Sequence record: NC_041936.1
Source: Escherichia phage ECD7
DNA length: 64,000 bases
Direction: 5' to 3' (one strand)
The notes beneath the pieces are model-generated. The model was given only the letters and a program-made list of their open reading frames with translations. It did not search any database and was not told the DNA's origin. Both the position numbers and the translations under genes were made by a program. Position 1 is the stretch's first letter; every line of letters begins with the position of its first letter. Below, piece after piece: positions 1 to 9,600 of the stretch.

Positions 1-1434
1 TTAAAATTTAACATTCTTAACCAGTTTCATAAAGTCTTGTGCGCGTTTGTCGTTATGCAGAATACGATACCAGTTATCTACAATATCATACAGTAACGGG
101 CTATTCTCTTTAAACTTCGCACAAACTGCTTTAATTCGTTCGTTTGCTGCCGTGAATTTTTCGTCACAGATCTTTTTAGTTTCTTCGTCCATAATCCAAC
201 GAGTACGAAGGAGTAACTTGGAAACCTCTTTATTATAATGACGACCGTACAGTCTGTCAATAAATTCTGGAACACAGCGTTCTAGTTCATCGTCATGAAA
301 CAACATAGTGATCACACCCAGATATTCGCCATACCCCAGATGATTGGTCTTAACCTTCTTAGCCAGACCAGCCAGCTTACCGCGAACAAATTCTAGCGCA
401 CATTCCAATTGTTCGTCAACGAGATATTTTTGTGTCTCGTTTCGAGTAATAATATACTTTGTTACCCCGAAGTAGTCACGCGCCGTGTGTAATGTATTTT
501 CATTATAGATCGATTGACGGCTACGGCTTTCGAATGCATCACCTACGCGGAACATGTGCAAGCCTGATAACTCGCGAATCTCTGCCGCTTTCATGTGATG
601 GCTGGTTTTATGCCAACTGTCACCAATCTTTTCCATGATATACACGTTAGGCAGCTTGGGAGTAGCTTCACGTTGTGTACGCTCGGTCTTCTCCGGCTTA
701 ACTGCTTTAGCACGCAGATCATCGGCCTCTGATACCTTAATCACGGTCATTTCAGAATCATCATAATACTGTTTGATGTACTCGAAAGTCTCCATATGTT
801 TTTCGTTTTTCTGACGGAACACCAGTACCTTTTTATTGATGCCGTATTCCTGGACCATGCCGTTAAGAGTCAGTGCACGCAGTTTCGGTTTATCGGTGTC
901 ATCAATAAGACACGTAATATCTTCTTTATGCATCCATACAAAATGCGTAATGTTATATTGACTGCTAACGAAAGCAGGGCGCAATTTACTGATTGTGTGA
1001 CGAGTACGATACAGAGTATACACCTGACCTTCTACGTCATTTGGCGAATCTTTACCCGCATTCACAAACTTATTATAGATTGCTACCGGATCATCCCACT
1101 GTCCGATCTTACCCATCTTGCTAATAATATTGCGTTGCGTCGATGAATACTCGCTCATAAATTGCGCAAGTTTACGCTCTGTTTTAATGTTGGCGATCTT
1201 TTCTTTAACCTTTTCCAACATCATTTCATTGATTTCTGCAATGCGTTTTTCGATGTTCGCTTTAGTCTCAATTGACAAGTGAACTTCTTCACGCGATGGC
1301 ATCAGGTCCAGATCACCCAACTCAAAATTAATGTAAATGGTCTGGTGCTGGCGGTTTACAGCTTCTAACCATGTTCCGCGAACATATTCATACGGGATCG
1401 GATACTGGATCTTACCCATGATTGCATATACCAC
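1..1434 (-). CDS. rIIA: rIIA, C-terminal portion (same reading frame as 1498..2109; stop TAA at 1-3)
   Basis: Translation resembles T4 RIIA central/C-terminal region; track start is GTG at 1434 but frame is open up to the TAA at 1498-1500. Confidence 0.8.
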   Translation of the reverse strand: MVYAIMGKIQYPIPYEYVRGTWLEAVNRQHQTIYINFELGDLDLMPSREEVHLSIETKANIEKRIAEINEMMLEKVKEKIANIKTERKLAQFMSEYSSTQRNIISKMGKIGQWDDPVAIYNKFVNAGKDSPNDVEGQVYTLYRTRHTISKLRPAFVSSQYNITHFVWMHKEDITCLIDDTDKPKLRALTLNGMVQEYGINKKVLVFRQKNEKHMETFEYIKQYYDDSEMTVIKVSEADDLRAKAVKPEKTERTQREATPKLPNVYIMEKIGDSWHKTSHHMKAAEIRELSGLHMFRVGDAFESRSRQSIYNENTLHTARDYFGVTKYIITRNETQKYLVDEQLECALEFVRGKLAGLAKKVKTNHLGYGEYLGVITMLFHDDELERCVPEFIDRLYGRHYNKEVSKLLLRTRWIMDEETKKICDEKFTAANERIKAVCAKFKENSPLLYDIVDNWYRILHNDKRAQDFMKLVKNVKF

Positions 1435-1497
1435 ATACGCATCATTATCGCGACCATTACAAACATAATAATTATCAAAGCTAGGGAAATAATTAAT

Positions 1498-2109
1498 TTA
1501 GATTGCGTTGATATTAGGCTTATGTTCCCCAAAATGACGCAGTACAAACTGTGCTTCTCGATGCCATGTCTGAATGTCTTTTTCTTTCACCGGAATAGTG
1601 ATTTTCAGACCATTGTCTTCATAGGTCGGATCGTCGAAAATCTGCACCATTTTCGGCATAGAGTTTTGCACAAATGCCGTAAAGCCATAAGCGCGACCAT
1701 TGTAGTAGTTTACGATTGTAAAGGTGTCGGTGTAACTATAAGCAGACTTCGCACCCAAACCAAAAGATCCGATATAATCATTAGTTTGGTCTTTTGTTGA
1801 TTCAAAGTAAACCGTAAACAATTGTTCTAATTCTTTCTTAGACGGAATACCAGTACCATAATCACGCACAGAAAAATACGGTTCGATTGCAGTTGGTAAA
1901 TGAATATCAAACGGACGATCTAAGGTTCCTGCTTCTTTGTGAGTGTCGGTAGCATTGCACGAATACTCACGGACGCAAGCACGTTCACAATATTGATAAG
2001 TGTTCTTAGAAAGCACCATAAAAGCCTTGCTACTTGCTTTCAGTGAAAAATCAACCGCACCGCTCAGGTCACTGCCAAATACTTCTTCATTATCGATATG
2101 CATTTTCAT
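1498..2109 (-). CDS. rIIA: rIIA N-terminal GHKL-ATPase-like portion, ended by in-frame TAA at 1498-1500
   Basis: 203 aa with GSFGLGAKSAYSYTDTF region resembling RIIA N-terminus; ATG at 2107-2109. Confidence 0.8.
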   Translation of the reverse strand: MKMHIDNEEVFGSDLSGAVDFSLKASSKAFMVLSKNTYQYCERACVREYSCNATDTHKEAGTLDRPFDIHLPTAIEPYFSVRDYGTGIPSKKELEQLFTVYFESTKDQTNDYIGSFGLGAKSAYSYTDTFTIVNYYNGRAYGFTAFVQNSMPKMVQIFDDPTYEDNGLKITIPVKEKDIQTWHREAQFVLRHFGEHKPNINAI

Positions 2110-2123
2110 AATATAATCCTCAC

Positions 2124-2381
2124 TTAATTAAAATCTTCTTTGTCCATCTCTGCGTAGATTACATCCCACGCCCATAAATCAATAAACGCATTATATGTCA
2201 CGGTGCAATCGTTGTCAATCACTTCTTTCGCATATTTCTTGATGTTTTCGTAGGAAACTTGCGGGTCAATTTTGTGTTTACGAAGGTGCGCATATTCATA
2301 CCTCAGACATTTCATAAACAGGTCCATCGATTTCTTTTCTCGATGACACTTGGCGATCATAAAATCAAAACTTCGACTCAT
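2124..2381 (-). CDS. hypothetical protein (rIIA.1 position)
   Basis: 85-aa minus-strand ORF between rIIA and gene 39; no recognised family. Confidence 0.45.
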   Translation of the reverse strand: MSRSFDFMIAKCHREKKSMDLFMKCLRYEYAHLRKHKIDPQVSYENIKKYAKEVIDNDCTVTYNAFIDLWAWDVIYAEMDKEDFN

Positions 2382-2391
2382 TTTCTACTCC

Positions 2392-2586
2392 TTATACATT
2401 TTCAATCACCCATTGCAGATGGGCTTCTGCGTCAACCAGTTCAGCGCGGCTTTTCTCTAAGCACTTGCTGTATTCTTTACGTTCCCAATCAGCTATTTCG
2501 TTTTTCAGGACTTCTTCATAGTAAGCAATTACGCCTTTCAGGTCTGAAACTTTACGGCTTGCCAGTTCGATGTAATGGTTACGCAT
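2392..2586 (-). CDS. hypothetical protein
   Basis: 64-aa minus-strand ORF, tightly packed. Confidence 0.4.
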   Translation of the reverse strand: MRNHYIELASRKVSDLKGVIAYYEEVLKNEIADWERKEYSKCLEKSRAELVDAEAHLQWVIENV

Positions 2587-2782
2587 TTTGATTCTCCTTT
2601 GTTACTAGATAACGAATTTGGTCTTGCATTGCGATCAGTTCCCAGCGTGCTACTTTCATCATGGAAACTGACTCTTTGAACATAATATTGGCTTTTTCCT
2701 TCTCCCCTGTCAAGTAGATTTCTGCAATTTTTTCACAAAATTTTTGAGTTTCTTCATTCTTAAATGGTTTCATATAAGTCAA
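2579..2782 (-). CDS. hypothetical protein
   Basis: 67-aa minus-strand ORF immediately downstream of an early promoter. Confidence 0.4.
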   Translation of the reverse strand: MTYMKPFKNEETQKFCEKIAEIYLTGEKEKANIMFKESVSMMKVARWELIAMQDQIRYLVTKENQNA

Positions 2783-2798
2783 CCTTTTGTTTTCGATG

Positions 2799-2836
2799 GG
2801 GATATTATGATATATCCCCTATCTGGTGTCAACAAC
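2799..2836 (-). promoter_or_regulatory. sigma70-type early promoter with GGGGATAT/ATATCCCC stem-loop around the -10
   Basis: Minus strand reads TTGACA-17nt-CATAAT; plus-strand tgtcaa at 2827-2832. Confidence 0.55.
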
Positions 2837-2839
2837 TTT

Positions 2840-3139
2840 TTAATCTTTTTTCAGTGCATCCATTACTCGCTCTGCGATCAGTTCTCGTAAGCACTGATAG
2901 CCATGATATTTGATGGCAATGTCACGCAGATCATTAACCAGTTCCCGTACTTCATGGTCTTTCAAATCGTCTCTGTATTTCGACTTAACCGTGTCTTTAG
3001 GTGGATTGCGAATAACCTGAAAACCTTGTTCTGCAATCACTGCGGCTTCTCGCTGGCGTTCATGCTGTACTGTATTTTTGATCAGGTCTACTTCCATGAA
3101 CTTTGTCATACTCATCATCATGTTATTCTTTTTGCTCAT
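2840..3139 (-). CDS. hypothetical protein
   Basis: Likely start ATG at 3137-3139 (MSKKNN...) downstream of promoter at 3170-3203; track ORF extends to 3220. Confidence 0.45.
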   Translation of the reverse strand: MSKKNNMMMSMTKFMEVDLIKNTVQHERQREAAVIAEQGFQVIRNPPKDTVKSKYRDDLKDHEVRELVNDLRDIAIKYHGYQCLRELIAERVMDALKKD

Positions 3140-3169
3140 TATTAAATCCTCATAAAAGAAAAGGGAGAC

Positions 3170-3203
3170 TCCCATTATAGAGAATCTCCCTTGTATGTCA
3201 AGT
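3170..3203 (-). promoter_or_regulatory. sigma70-type early promoter
   Basis: Minus strand TTGACA-16nt-TATAAT just after the gene 39 stop. Confidence 0.5.
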
Positions 3204-3204
3204 G

Positions 3205-5028
3205 TTATGATTGCATCCAAATTTTTCGGCGGTCTGAATCTTCGCTATAGAGCAAATCGAATAGCTCTTTATAGTTTTCCGGTAACGTGATGATTTCCAT
3301 TACAGGATCGTTGATCACGCGATGATAATCTGATTCTGTAAGAGATGCTAACCCTTTGATATATCGAATGCTATAACCTTTGATATTATCTCGGTCGTTC
3401 TCGAAATCTTCTAGGTCATAATACCATCGAACATCATCACCTTTCTTTGGTTCCGCAATGATAATAGGTGTTTTGATAAACCGGATTCGTCCATCTTCGA
3501 ACAATTCAGGCCAACGTGCAAAGAAAGAGATCAGACTAGGTTTAATAGACCCGATCCCGTCAGTATCAGCGTCGGTCATAATCGCAATATTTTTGTATTG
3601 CATAACTTCCAATGCATCAACACCAAATTGCAAGCCAGTGATCGCCATGATGTTAAAAATTTCGGCGTTCTTAACGATCTTTGCCTCCGGTTGTTCCCAC
3701 GTTGTAAGAGTTTTGCCTCGCAACGGGAAACCTCCATGTAAATCTGGATCACGTACAGAGACCAGATAGTTGATCGCGGAATCACCTTCCGTCAAAAACA
3801 GGGTAGTTTCTGCGTCAGTTCCAATAAGGTTAGCTTTAACGTGTTTTGCTACCTTAGCCCGTTTCGCTGCTTTTGCTGCCTTAGTCGCTGCCGCTTTATC
3901 TGCTGCCTCTTTGCGTGCCAGGACTACAGCAATAATAGGCATGATAATGTTTTCTTTCTTCGCAATGACTTTAGCCAGCTTTTTAAAATCAAGATCAATA
4001 TGACGCTTGATATCACCAGTTGGATTAGTCAATCGTTCTTTTGTCTGTGAATCAAAACGGAGGTTTGGCAATTCACGAACAATAAGAATACAGGTCAATC
4101 CAGACTTAACCGCCGCTTTAGTAACATCAACCTTATGTTCTTTCTTGATTCGTTTTACAATCTCTTCACAAAGATCATCTATCACGTAGTCTACGTGTGT
4201 TCCCCCGTTTTTGGTAAACAGACCATTAGCAAAGGATACTGATTTAAAACCTTCTCCCTCGACCGCAGGAACTAGGGCAAGTGAAAAGTTTTTATCTTCA
4301 ATGACAAACGGATCATCATTGTATAGTTTAGCATAATCCTTGAACTTACTAACAATACGTTTACCATTAAACTTAAACGTGATCTTAGGAAAGATTACGC
4401 TCAATGATTGCAGACGGTCATGAACAATATCTAAAACAGAGTTGTCCATCATATAACCTTCGAAGTGGTCAAAGTCTGGACAAAATGTAACCTTCGTTCC
4501 CTTCAATTTTGATGGTTTTGATGACCATGTGATATTTTCAGCACCATTTGTGCATTGAACGGTCATTTCTGTTTCACCGTCACAAGTTACACCAGTAAAC
4601 CAATCGCTAAAGAAATTTGACAACGACGACCCCACACCGTTCATCCCTTGCGTTAATCGATTTGTATCATCAAAGTTAGATCCGGCCTTTGTTCGTGTCC
4701 ATGCGGCTACAGGTTGCGGAATCTGCGTACCCTCTGGAGTAGTAACCATATGTTGAGGAATACCGCGACCATTGTCTGTTACCGTAACAATATTGTTTTG
4801 GATATCTACGCTAATCACATTGGCAAATTCAAAATTAGTGCGGATCGCCTCGTCTACAGAGTTGTCGATGATCTCATCAATGATTTTAACCAGCCCAGGA
4901 ACATATGAAATTTTTGTCCATTTACCGAACAGGAAACGTTGATGTTCTTCGTAAGTTGTTGATCCTATATACATTCCTGCACGCTTAAGGACATGTTCAC
5001 GATCAGATAAAATGCGAAACTCACTCAT
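3205..5028 (-). CDS. 39: DNA topoisomerase II large subunit, fused gp39/gp60 form (GyrB-like ATPase)
   Basis: 607 aa; strong resemblance to T4 gp39 N-terminus (ILSDxEH, GMYIGS, VPGLVK, DNGRGIP) continuing through the region that is gp60 in T4. Confidence 0.93.
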   Translation of the reverse strand: MSEFRILSDREHVLKRAGMYIGSTTYEEHQRFLFGKWTKISYVPGLVKIIDEIIDNSVDEAIRTNFEFANVISVDIQNNIVTVTDNGRGIPQHMVTTPEGTQIPQPVAAWTRTKAGSNFDDTNRLTQGMNGVGSSLSNFFSDWFTGVTCDGETEMTVQCTNGAENITWSSKPSKLKGTKVTFCPDFDHFEGYMMDNSVLDIVHDRLQSLSVIFPKITFKFNGKRIVSKFKDYAKLYNDDPFVIEDKNFSLALVPAVEGEGFKSVSFANGLFTKNGGTHVDYVIDDLCEEIVKRIKKEHKVDVTKAAVKSGLTCILIVRELPNLRFDSQTKERLTNPTGDIKRHIDLDFKKLAKVIAKKENIIMPIIAVVLARKEAADKAAATKAAKAAKRAKVAKHVKANLIGTDAETTLFLTEGDSAINYLVSVRDPDLHGGFPLRGKTLTTWEQPEAKIVKNAEIFNIMAITGLQFGVDALEVMQYKNIAIMTDADTDGIGSIKPSLISFFARWPELFEDGRIRFIKTPIIIAEPKKGDDVRWYYDLEDFENDRDNIKGYSIRYIKGLASLTESDYHRVINDPVMEIITLPENYKELFDLLYSEDSDRRKIWMQS

Positions 5029-5127
5029 TATTAAACCTCTTCATAACATAACCATAACTTACTGCAACCGCCACAAAGACGGCTGCAACAATCATATTAA
5101 AAATTGAGTGATTGTCAAGTATATGAC

Positions 5128-5301
5128 TCATGACACGCGCACATTTTTATCGTAATACCCGCCATTAATCCCGCGCGGGGCAGTTAATCCCTGTTTGCAT
5201 TCTTTACCACATTCAGGGCATTCTGCCTTTTCACGCTCGGAAATTTTGCGGATTTTCTGAAATTGACCGTGTTCTTCACAAGAATAATCATATAATGGCA
5301 T
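5128..5301 (-). CDS. FmdB-like zinc-ribbon protein
   Basis: Internal start MPLYDYSCEEHG...; CxxC...CPECG pattern; track ORF 5128..5382 overlaps dexA. Confidence 0.5.
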   Translation of the reverse strand: MPLYDYSCEEHGQFQKIRKISEREKAECPECGKECKQGLTAPRGINGGYYDKNVRVS

Positions 5302-5302
5302 A

Positions 5303-5971
5303 TTATCCCCTTTGTTTCTTAACTGAATTTGGATCTGGATTTTCTGGCAAGTCTTCCAGACCCATAGCATAACGTTGTGCATAGATTAGCATAAGAATAT
5401 CGCGAGCGCAATCATGAATTGCATCATGCGCGATAAATCCGTCTAGCGTACCCATTGGTAACGGGCATTCACACATACCACGATGCATCAATGTACGCTC
5501 AATGGCGGTGCGAACGTCTCGGATGTTCCAGAATCGCACAGGTTCAAGATTGAACGTCTCTCGTGTATTGTATGCACGGCGGATCATATCAACTAGTAAC
5601 GGAATATCAAACGCATTACCGCGTGACCACATTACGGATTTAACCGGATCTACCCCTACGGATTCACAGAATGCGTTAAAACGCGCTAAACCTTCTTTAG
5701 TTGATACTTCCGTACCATTTGTGATTAATTGCTTTCTCATGCCTTCTGAGGCGGTATTCTTCCACCATTCAACCACACCATGATCAAACACCCTTACACC
5801 TTTCTGGGAAGGAATATCAAATTTTACCAGAAAGGAATTGTCAACCAGTTCTTTAAATGTAGGTGGGTTGTGCGGATCTTCTTTAAATCCGATTGCCGCC
5901 ATATTGATCACCGCCCCATCAGGCGGATAACCTAAACTTTCAAAGTCAATCATTAAATCCACTGGAAGCAT
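5303..5971 (-). CDS. dexA: exonuclease A (DEDDh 3'-5' exonuclease)
   Basis: Start ATG 5969-5971 preceded by GGAGG; MLPVDLMIDFESLG... resembles T4 DexA; synteny. Confidence 0.85.
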   Translation of the reverse strand: MLPVDLMIDFESLGYPPDGAVINMAAIGFKEDPHNPPTFKELVDNSFLVKFDIPSQKGVRVFDHGVVEWWKNTASEGMRKQLITNGTEVSTKEGLARFNAFCESVGVDPVKSVMWSRGNAFDIPLLVDMIRRAYNTRETFNLEPVRFWNIRDVRTAIERTLMHRGMCECPLPMGTLDGFIAHDAIHDCARDILMLIYAQRYAMGLEDLPENPDPNSVKKQRG

Positions 5972-5972
5972 T

Positions 5973-6278
5973 TTAAATATCCTCCGCGATATGACGGAAC
6001 AACTCCAGATCGTTTTTATCCAGAATGAAACCGCTACAATCAATAATCCCGTTACCGTAATTATCGGTTAACAGTCGGTCCGTTGCCATGTATGCGCGTA
6101 CTTTGTTGTTAAAATTCATTACGTGTTGTGCATAGTCACAATGAATCTTTTGACGGTTCCACGCGACAATTGATTGTAGATGTATGACATTAGCCATATC
6201 ATTAATAACAACCATATCAAAAACCTCGCTTAGTGAAATGTTCTGGCATTTTATTGATACATACAGCTTGGTAGTCAC
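5973..6278 (-). CDS. hypothetical protein (dexA.1 position)
   Basis: 101-aa ORF; its 5' region is part of a local direct repeat. Confidence 0.4.
   Translation of the reverse strand: MTTKLYVSIKCQNISLSEVFDMVVINDMANVIHLQSIVAWNRQKIHCDYAQHVMNFNNKVRAYMATDRLLTDNYGNGIIDCSGFILDKNDLELFRHIAEDI
6190..6269. repeat. direct repeat copy 1 (gene end/start junction module)
   Basis: ccatatcaaaaacctcgcttagtgaaatgttctggcattttattgatacatacagctt, repeated imperfectly at 6387-6447. Confidence 0.7.
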
Positions 6279-6386
6279 GAGATTTTTTTTGACGAATTAA
6301 GAGCTACAGCCAAAAAATCCTGTAACTGTTTGTTTGTCATTTTTGGCTTACACCGCGTATCTAAACTCTTCGTTCTTCTGGCTTCA

Positions 6387-6447
6387 TTAGCCATATCAAA
6401 ACCCTCGCTTAGTGAAATATTCGATCATTTTATTGATACATTCAGCT
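6387..6447. repeat. direct repeat copy 2
   Basis: ccatatcaaaaccctcgcttagtgaaatattcgatcattttattgatacattcagctt. Confidence 0.7.
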
Positions 6448-6573
6448 TCACTGTCGCCGGATACGTTCCATCCATAATGACCCCAACTAAAACACATGGT
6501 AACAGTTCCATTGTGACGGCGTACCGTCACATCATCAAATTCTGGGATACTTCGCATAATCATAATAATTTCC

Positions 6574-7965
6574 TCAAATATAGTCTACTCGATACCGCGC
6601 ACGGGTAACACCCACATATAATAACTGCATTGCCAATTCAAAGTCAACATTGTCTGTACACATGCAAGGAGTATACAGGAACACGCGGTCTACGCTGATC
6701 CCTTGTGACTTATGAATGGTGCAAGCTGGTAATGCTTTTACATTCAAGAACATACGCTTCATCGTCCAGAATGAATCCCAATCTGGTTTAAATTTTGGAT
6801 TCTCTTTCTTCATTTCGCGATATTGTCCGGCGACCGTATTCAGATAGATAGAGAAAATGTTCTTCTGACGTTGTTCTGTCAGAATGTTGATTTCTACTAA
6901 ATCTGGTTTATCTGTAGTGATTCCGACTGCATCTAAACCTACTTTCTGATTTAGGATTTCTTTGTCTTCGTCATCATCGACGCTTTCCACTTTCAGAGTA
7001 TATCCTAAAACTGGTTGCGGATCTACCCCCGTGCAACGTAATGTAAATTCACGCGGGATGACCTCTTTAACTCGGATCATCTCACCATTGTTAAAAATAA
7101 CATTGGGAATCTTCTTCCCGCGTTCATCTCGCAGATATTCGATCAATGGTTCCTGAGTAACCAGAATTTCATCTACAATCACTGGTTCATCGGTGTTATA
7201 AACGCGCTTACGTACAATTTCATTGAGTTTTTCGACGCTCTTGTTAGTGTAGGCCAGAATACGGTTTTCTAGAAGGTCTTCCGGCGTTTTAACGGTTTCG
7301 AAATAATGCTTCATAAACTCCGGCAGAGTTGAGCTATGGAATACACCCTCGTTACCGCACTGCTTTTCGAATACCCATTTACCGTTACGGACAGCGGTCG
7401 CCACATCAATTATTGGTGCATTGGACCGTTTAATCTCTGTGAGTTCTACATTCTGGAATCTTTCATCGGTGAAGAAAGGAGAGATCGACGTTGCACCGCT
7501 CGGATCAACTGGTCGTAACTGGTACAGATCACCAACGGCAATAATAACAATTCGACCGTTGATACTCTTCATGAGAATATCAAATAGTTTCTTATCGACC
7601 ATACTCGCTTCATCAACAATGATGATCTGAACATCATCTAGCTTAGGAGTATCTTTTTGCTCAAATACTTGAGTATCTTCATAGTTGGTCGGGTTTAGTC
7701 GCAGTAGTGCATGTAAAGTAAATGCTTGACGACCTACCGCTTTACTCAAAACTTTTTTAGCCTGGTGGGTGGGCGTTGCCAAAACCACACCAGTTACACC
7801 ACGGCGGACCATTTCCTGAACAATGAATTTCATCATTGCGGTTTTACCAGTACCCGCCGCACCCCGGACAGTTGTATGCTTCTTTTGTTCAATGCGTTTC
7901 ATTAGAACATCAAAAGCATGTTTTTGCCCGTCTGTTAACATATCGAAAGTTAATACTCTGCTCAT
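6574..7965 (-). CDS. dda: Dda DNA helicase (SF1)
   Basis: 463 aa; GAAGTGKT Walker A; LTDGQKHAFD and C-terminal LLYVGVTRARY resemble T4 Dda. Confidence 0.93.
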   Translation of the reverse strand: MSRVLTFDMLTDGQKHAFDVLMKRIEQKKHTTVRGAAGTGKTAMMKFIVQEMVRRGVTGVVLATPTHQAKKVLSKAVGRQAFTLHALLRLNPTNYEDTQVFEQKDTPKLDDVQIIIVDEASMVDKKLFDILMKSINGRIVIIAVGDLYQLRPVDPSGATSISPFFTDERFQNVELTEIKRSNAPIIDVATAVRNGKWVFEKQCGNEGVFHSSTLPEFMKHYFETVKTPEDLLENRILAYTNKSVEKLNEIVRKRVYNTDEPVIVDEILVTQEPLIEYLRDERGKKIPNVIFNNGEMIRVKEVIPREFTLRCTGVDPQPVLGYTLKVESVDDDEDKEILNQKVGLDAVGITTDKPDLVEINILTEQRQKNIFSIYLNTVAGQYREMKKENPKFKPDWDSFWTMKRMFLNVKALPACTIHKSQGISVDRVFLYTPCMCTDNVDFELAMQLLYVGVTRARYRVDYI

Positions 7966-8279
7966 TATCCTAAAATCCTCACCTTGCGAACACAGATAGT
8001 ATTGAGTTCTCGCCGTACCCGTTCTTTCTCATATTCAGGAATTTTGTATTCTATACCATCCCGAACAATTTCAGAAGACCGGATTATACCAAATTTTCTT
8101 TTAGGCACAACCTTGTATTTCGGTTCACCTGCCAATAGACTCTCACAATAATCTATCTGATCACACATTGACGCTAACGCAGCATCATGGGTTTCGCAAG
8201 TTAGGACGCGACCCTTCGCGTCCACTGAGTATTGAAAGAATCCGTCTTTATCACGATAACATACAGCAAATACATGCAT
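7965..8279 (-). CDS. hypothetical protein (dda.1 position)
   Basis: 104-aa ORF, start overlaps dda stop. Confidence 0.45.
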   Translation of the reverse strand: MHVFAVCYRDKDGFFQYSVDAKGRVLTCETHDAALASMCDQIDYCESLLAGEPKYKVVPKRKFGIIRSSEIVRDGIEYKIPEYEKERVRRELNTICVRKVRILG

Positions 8280-9034
8280 TATAAACCTACCTTAGCTTTC
8301 ATCAATTCAATCCACGACGCATCAATCGGAAGCCCGTATTTCACGCGTTCTTTTTGTGCTGGCGTTAAGTTCTCATACTTAGAAAGAGATTCAATCAAAA
8401 CGCTGGTATATTTTAGCACGATTTCGGTATTGTTTGCAATAGCCTTAAGTTTTTCTTCTTTCTTGTTGATTTCGCTAAGTGCTTGCTTGAGGTCTGCAAT
8501 TTTCTGATAACGTTCTTCCATACGGAAGAGAGTATTTTTAATCGCTCGCTCGGCTGCCTCTGCTTTTTCCGGTTCGTTGTGCTTTTTGTGGCGCTCGATT
8601 GCTAATTTCTTTTCTTCGATTGCCATTTCCTGATTTTTGATGCGATTCTCGTTAAGTTCGATCCACTCGATGTACTTCGCACGTAGGGCAATTTCATCAT
8701 CAGAAAGTTTACCGTTAGTTCCTAGTTCCTGGATCTCTTTAAGAGATTCGATAGTGTGATTGCCACGGAAAGAATTATATTTCAGTTTAACCGGAATTAC
8801 ATTGCCATCAACATATCCCAGATTGCAATCAATGCGCTCTAATGAGAGTCCGTCATCACCTTCACCGAAAGCCTCACCTGAATAGGCGCAATGAGTCTGA
8901 CGGTAAATGTTACGCACAGTGACTAAGCTCATAGAGAAGTCTTTGTTGCGACGTGAAGCGCCAGCCATGATAGAGTTCAGACGGAAAACAACCAGCGCCA
9001 ATTCTTCGTTAGATTTAAAAGCAAACAGTTTCAT
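8279..9034 (-). CDS. hypothetical protein with C-terminal coiled coil (Srd-like by position only)
   Basis: 251 aa; position matches T4 srd; sequence similarity not verified. Confidence 0.4.
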   Translation of the reverse strand: MKLFAFKSNEELALVVFRLNSIMAGASRRNKDFSMSLVTVRNIYRQTHCAYSGEAFGEGDDGLSLERIDCNLGYVDGNVIPVKLKYNSFRGNHTIESLKEIQELGTNGKLSDDEIALRAKYIEWIELNENRIKNQEMAIEEKKLAIERHKKHNEPEKAEAAERAIKNTLFRMEERYQKIADLKQALSEINKKEEKLKAIANNTEIVLKYTSVLIESLSKYENLTPAQKERVKYGLPIDASWIELMKAKVGL

Positions 9035-9057
9035 AATTGATTCTCCTTAGTTGGTAT

Positions 9058-9094
9058 GTGTGTATTATTGTCTATCTGGTTTGTGCTGTCAACA
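9058..9094 (-). promoter_or_regulatory. sigma70-type early promoter
   Basis: Minus strand TTGACA then about 17 nt then AATAAT/TAATAC; followed by RBS and ATG at 9034. Confidence 0.45.
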
Positions 9095-9095
9095 C

Positions 9096-9599
9096 TTAAA
9101 TTAAAGAAAATTTGTAAATCTCTATCAGATCGCCGTTACACGCGTAAACTTCCTCGATCTCATCAAGGATCATGGTCGTCCCTGTCTTGTATATGCACTC
9201 TCGCTCATCTGCCAACATAGCATACAAAGACAGTCGAGTAGTCGGATTGTCATACTCTTTAGACACCACTCGGTCAATAGCATGTTCGTAATAATTCATG
9301 CAAGGCTTGGTAGGTTTTATTGCAATAATCTTTCCTGTTGCATAAACATCGGTTGCAAAGTCCTCTGCTGTTGATTGCAGTGGCGTAAAGCTCATAGGAC
9401 GCTCTACAACGAAAGAATCACCTACAATTAAGGTATCCAGCTTACGGCCTTCTCTTTTGCTCACACCGCGATACAAGGCTTCATGATGCACTAACCGTTC
9501 AGTCTTTTCGATCAATCCATTAAGGATCGACATATCGATATTTTCTTTAGAGTTCATCACTTCATCAATGATGTTAAGTTCTTCTGGTGTAAATTGCAT
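9096..9599 (-). CDS. ADP-ribosyltransferase (ModA/ModB-like)
   Basis: 167 aa; R (LYRG), S-T-x (QSTAE) and E-x-E (ERE) motifs in the order expected for R-S-E ARTs; T4 modA/modB position. Confidence 0.55.
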   Translation of the reverse strand: MQFTPEELNIIDEVMNSKENIDMSILNGLIEKTERLVHHEALYRGVSKREGRKLDTLIVGDSFVVERPMSFTPLQSTAEDFATDVYATGKIIAIKPTKPCMNYYEHAIDRVVSKEYDNPTTRLSLYAMLADERECIYKTGTTMILDEIEEVYACNGDLIEIYKFSLI

Positions 9600-9600
9600 A

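Noticed and set aside
1435-1500. rIIA N- and C-terminal parts as two distinct genes or a programmed frameshift
   Set aside because: Both parts are in the same frame with a single TAA between them and continuous homology across the gap, so no frameshift is needed; a nonsense codon or sequencing error is the simplest reading.
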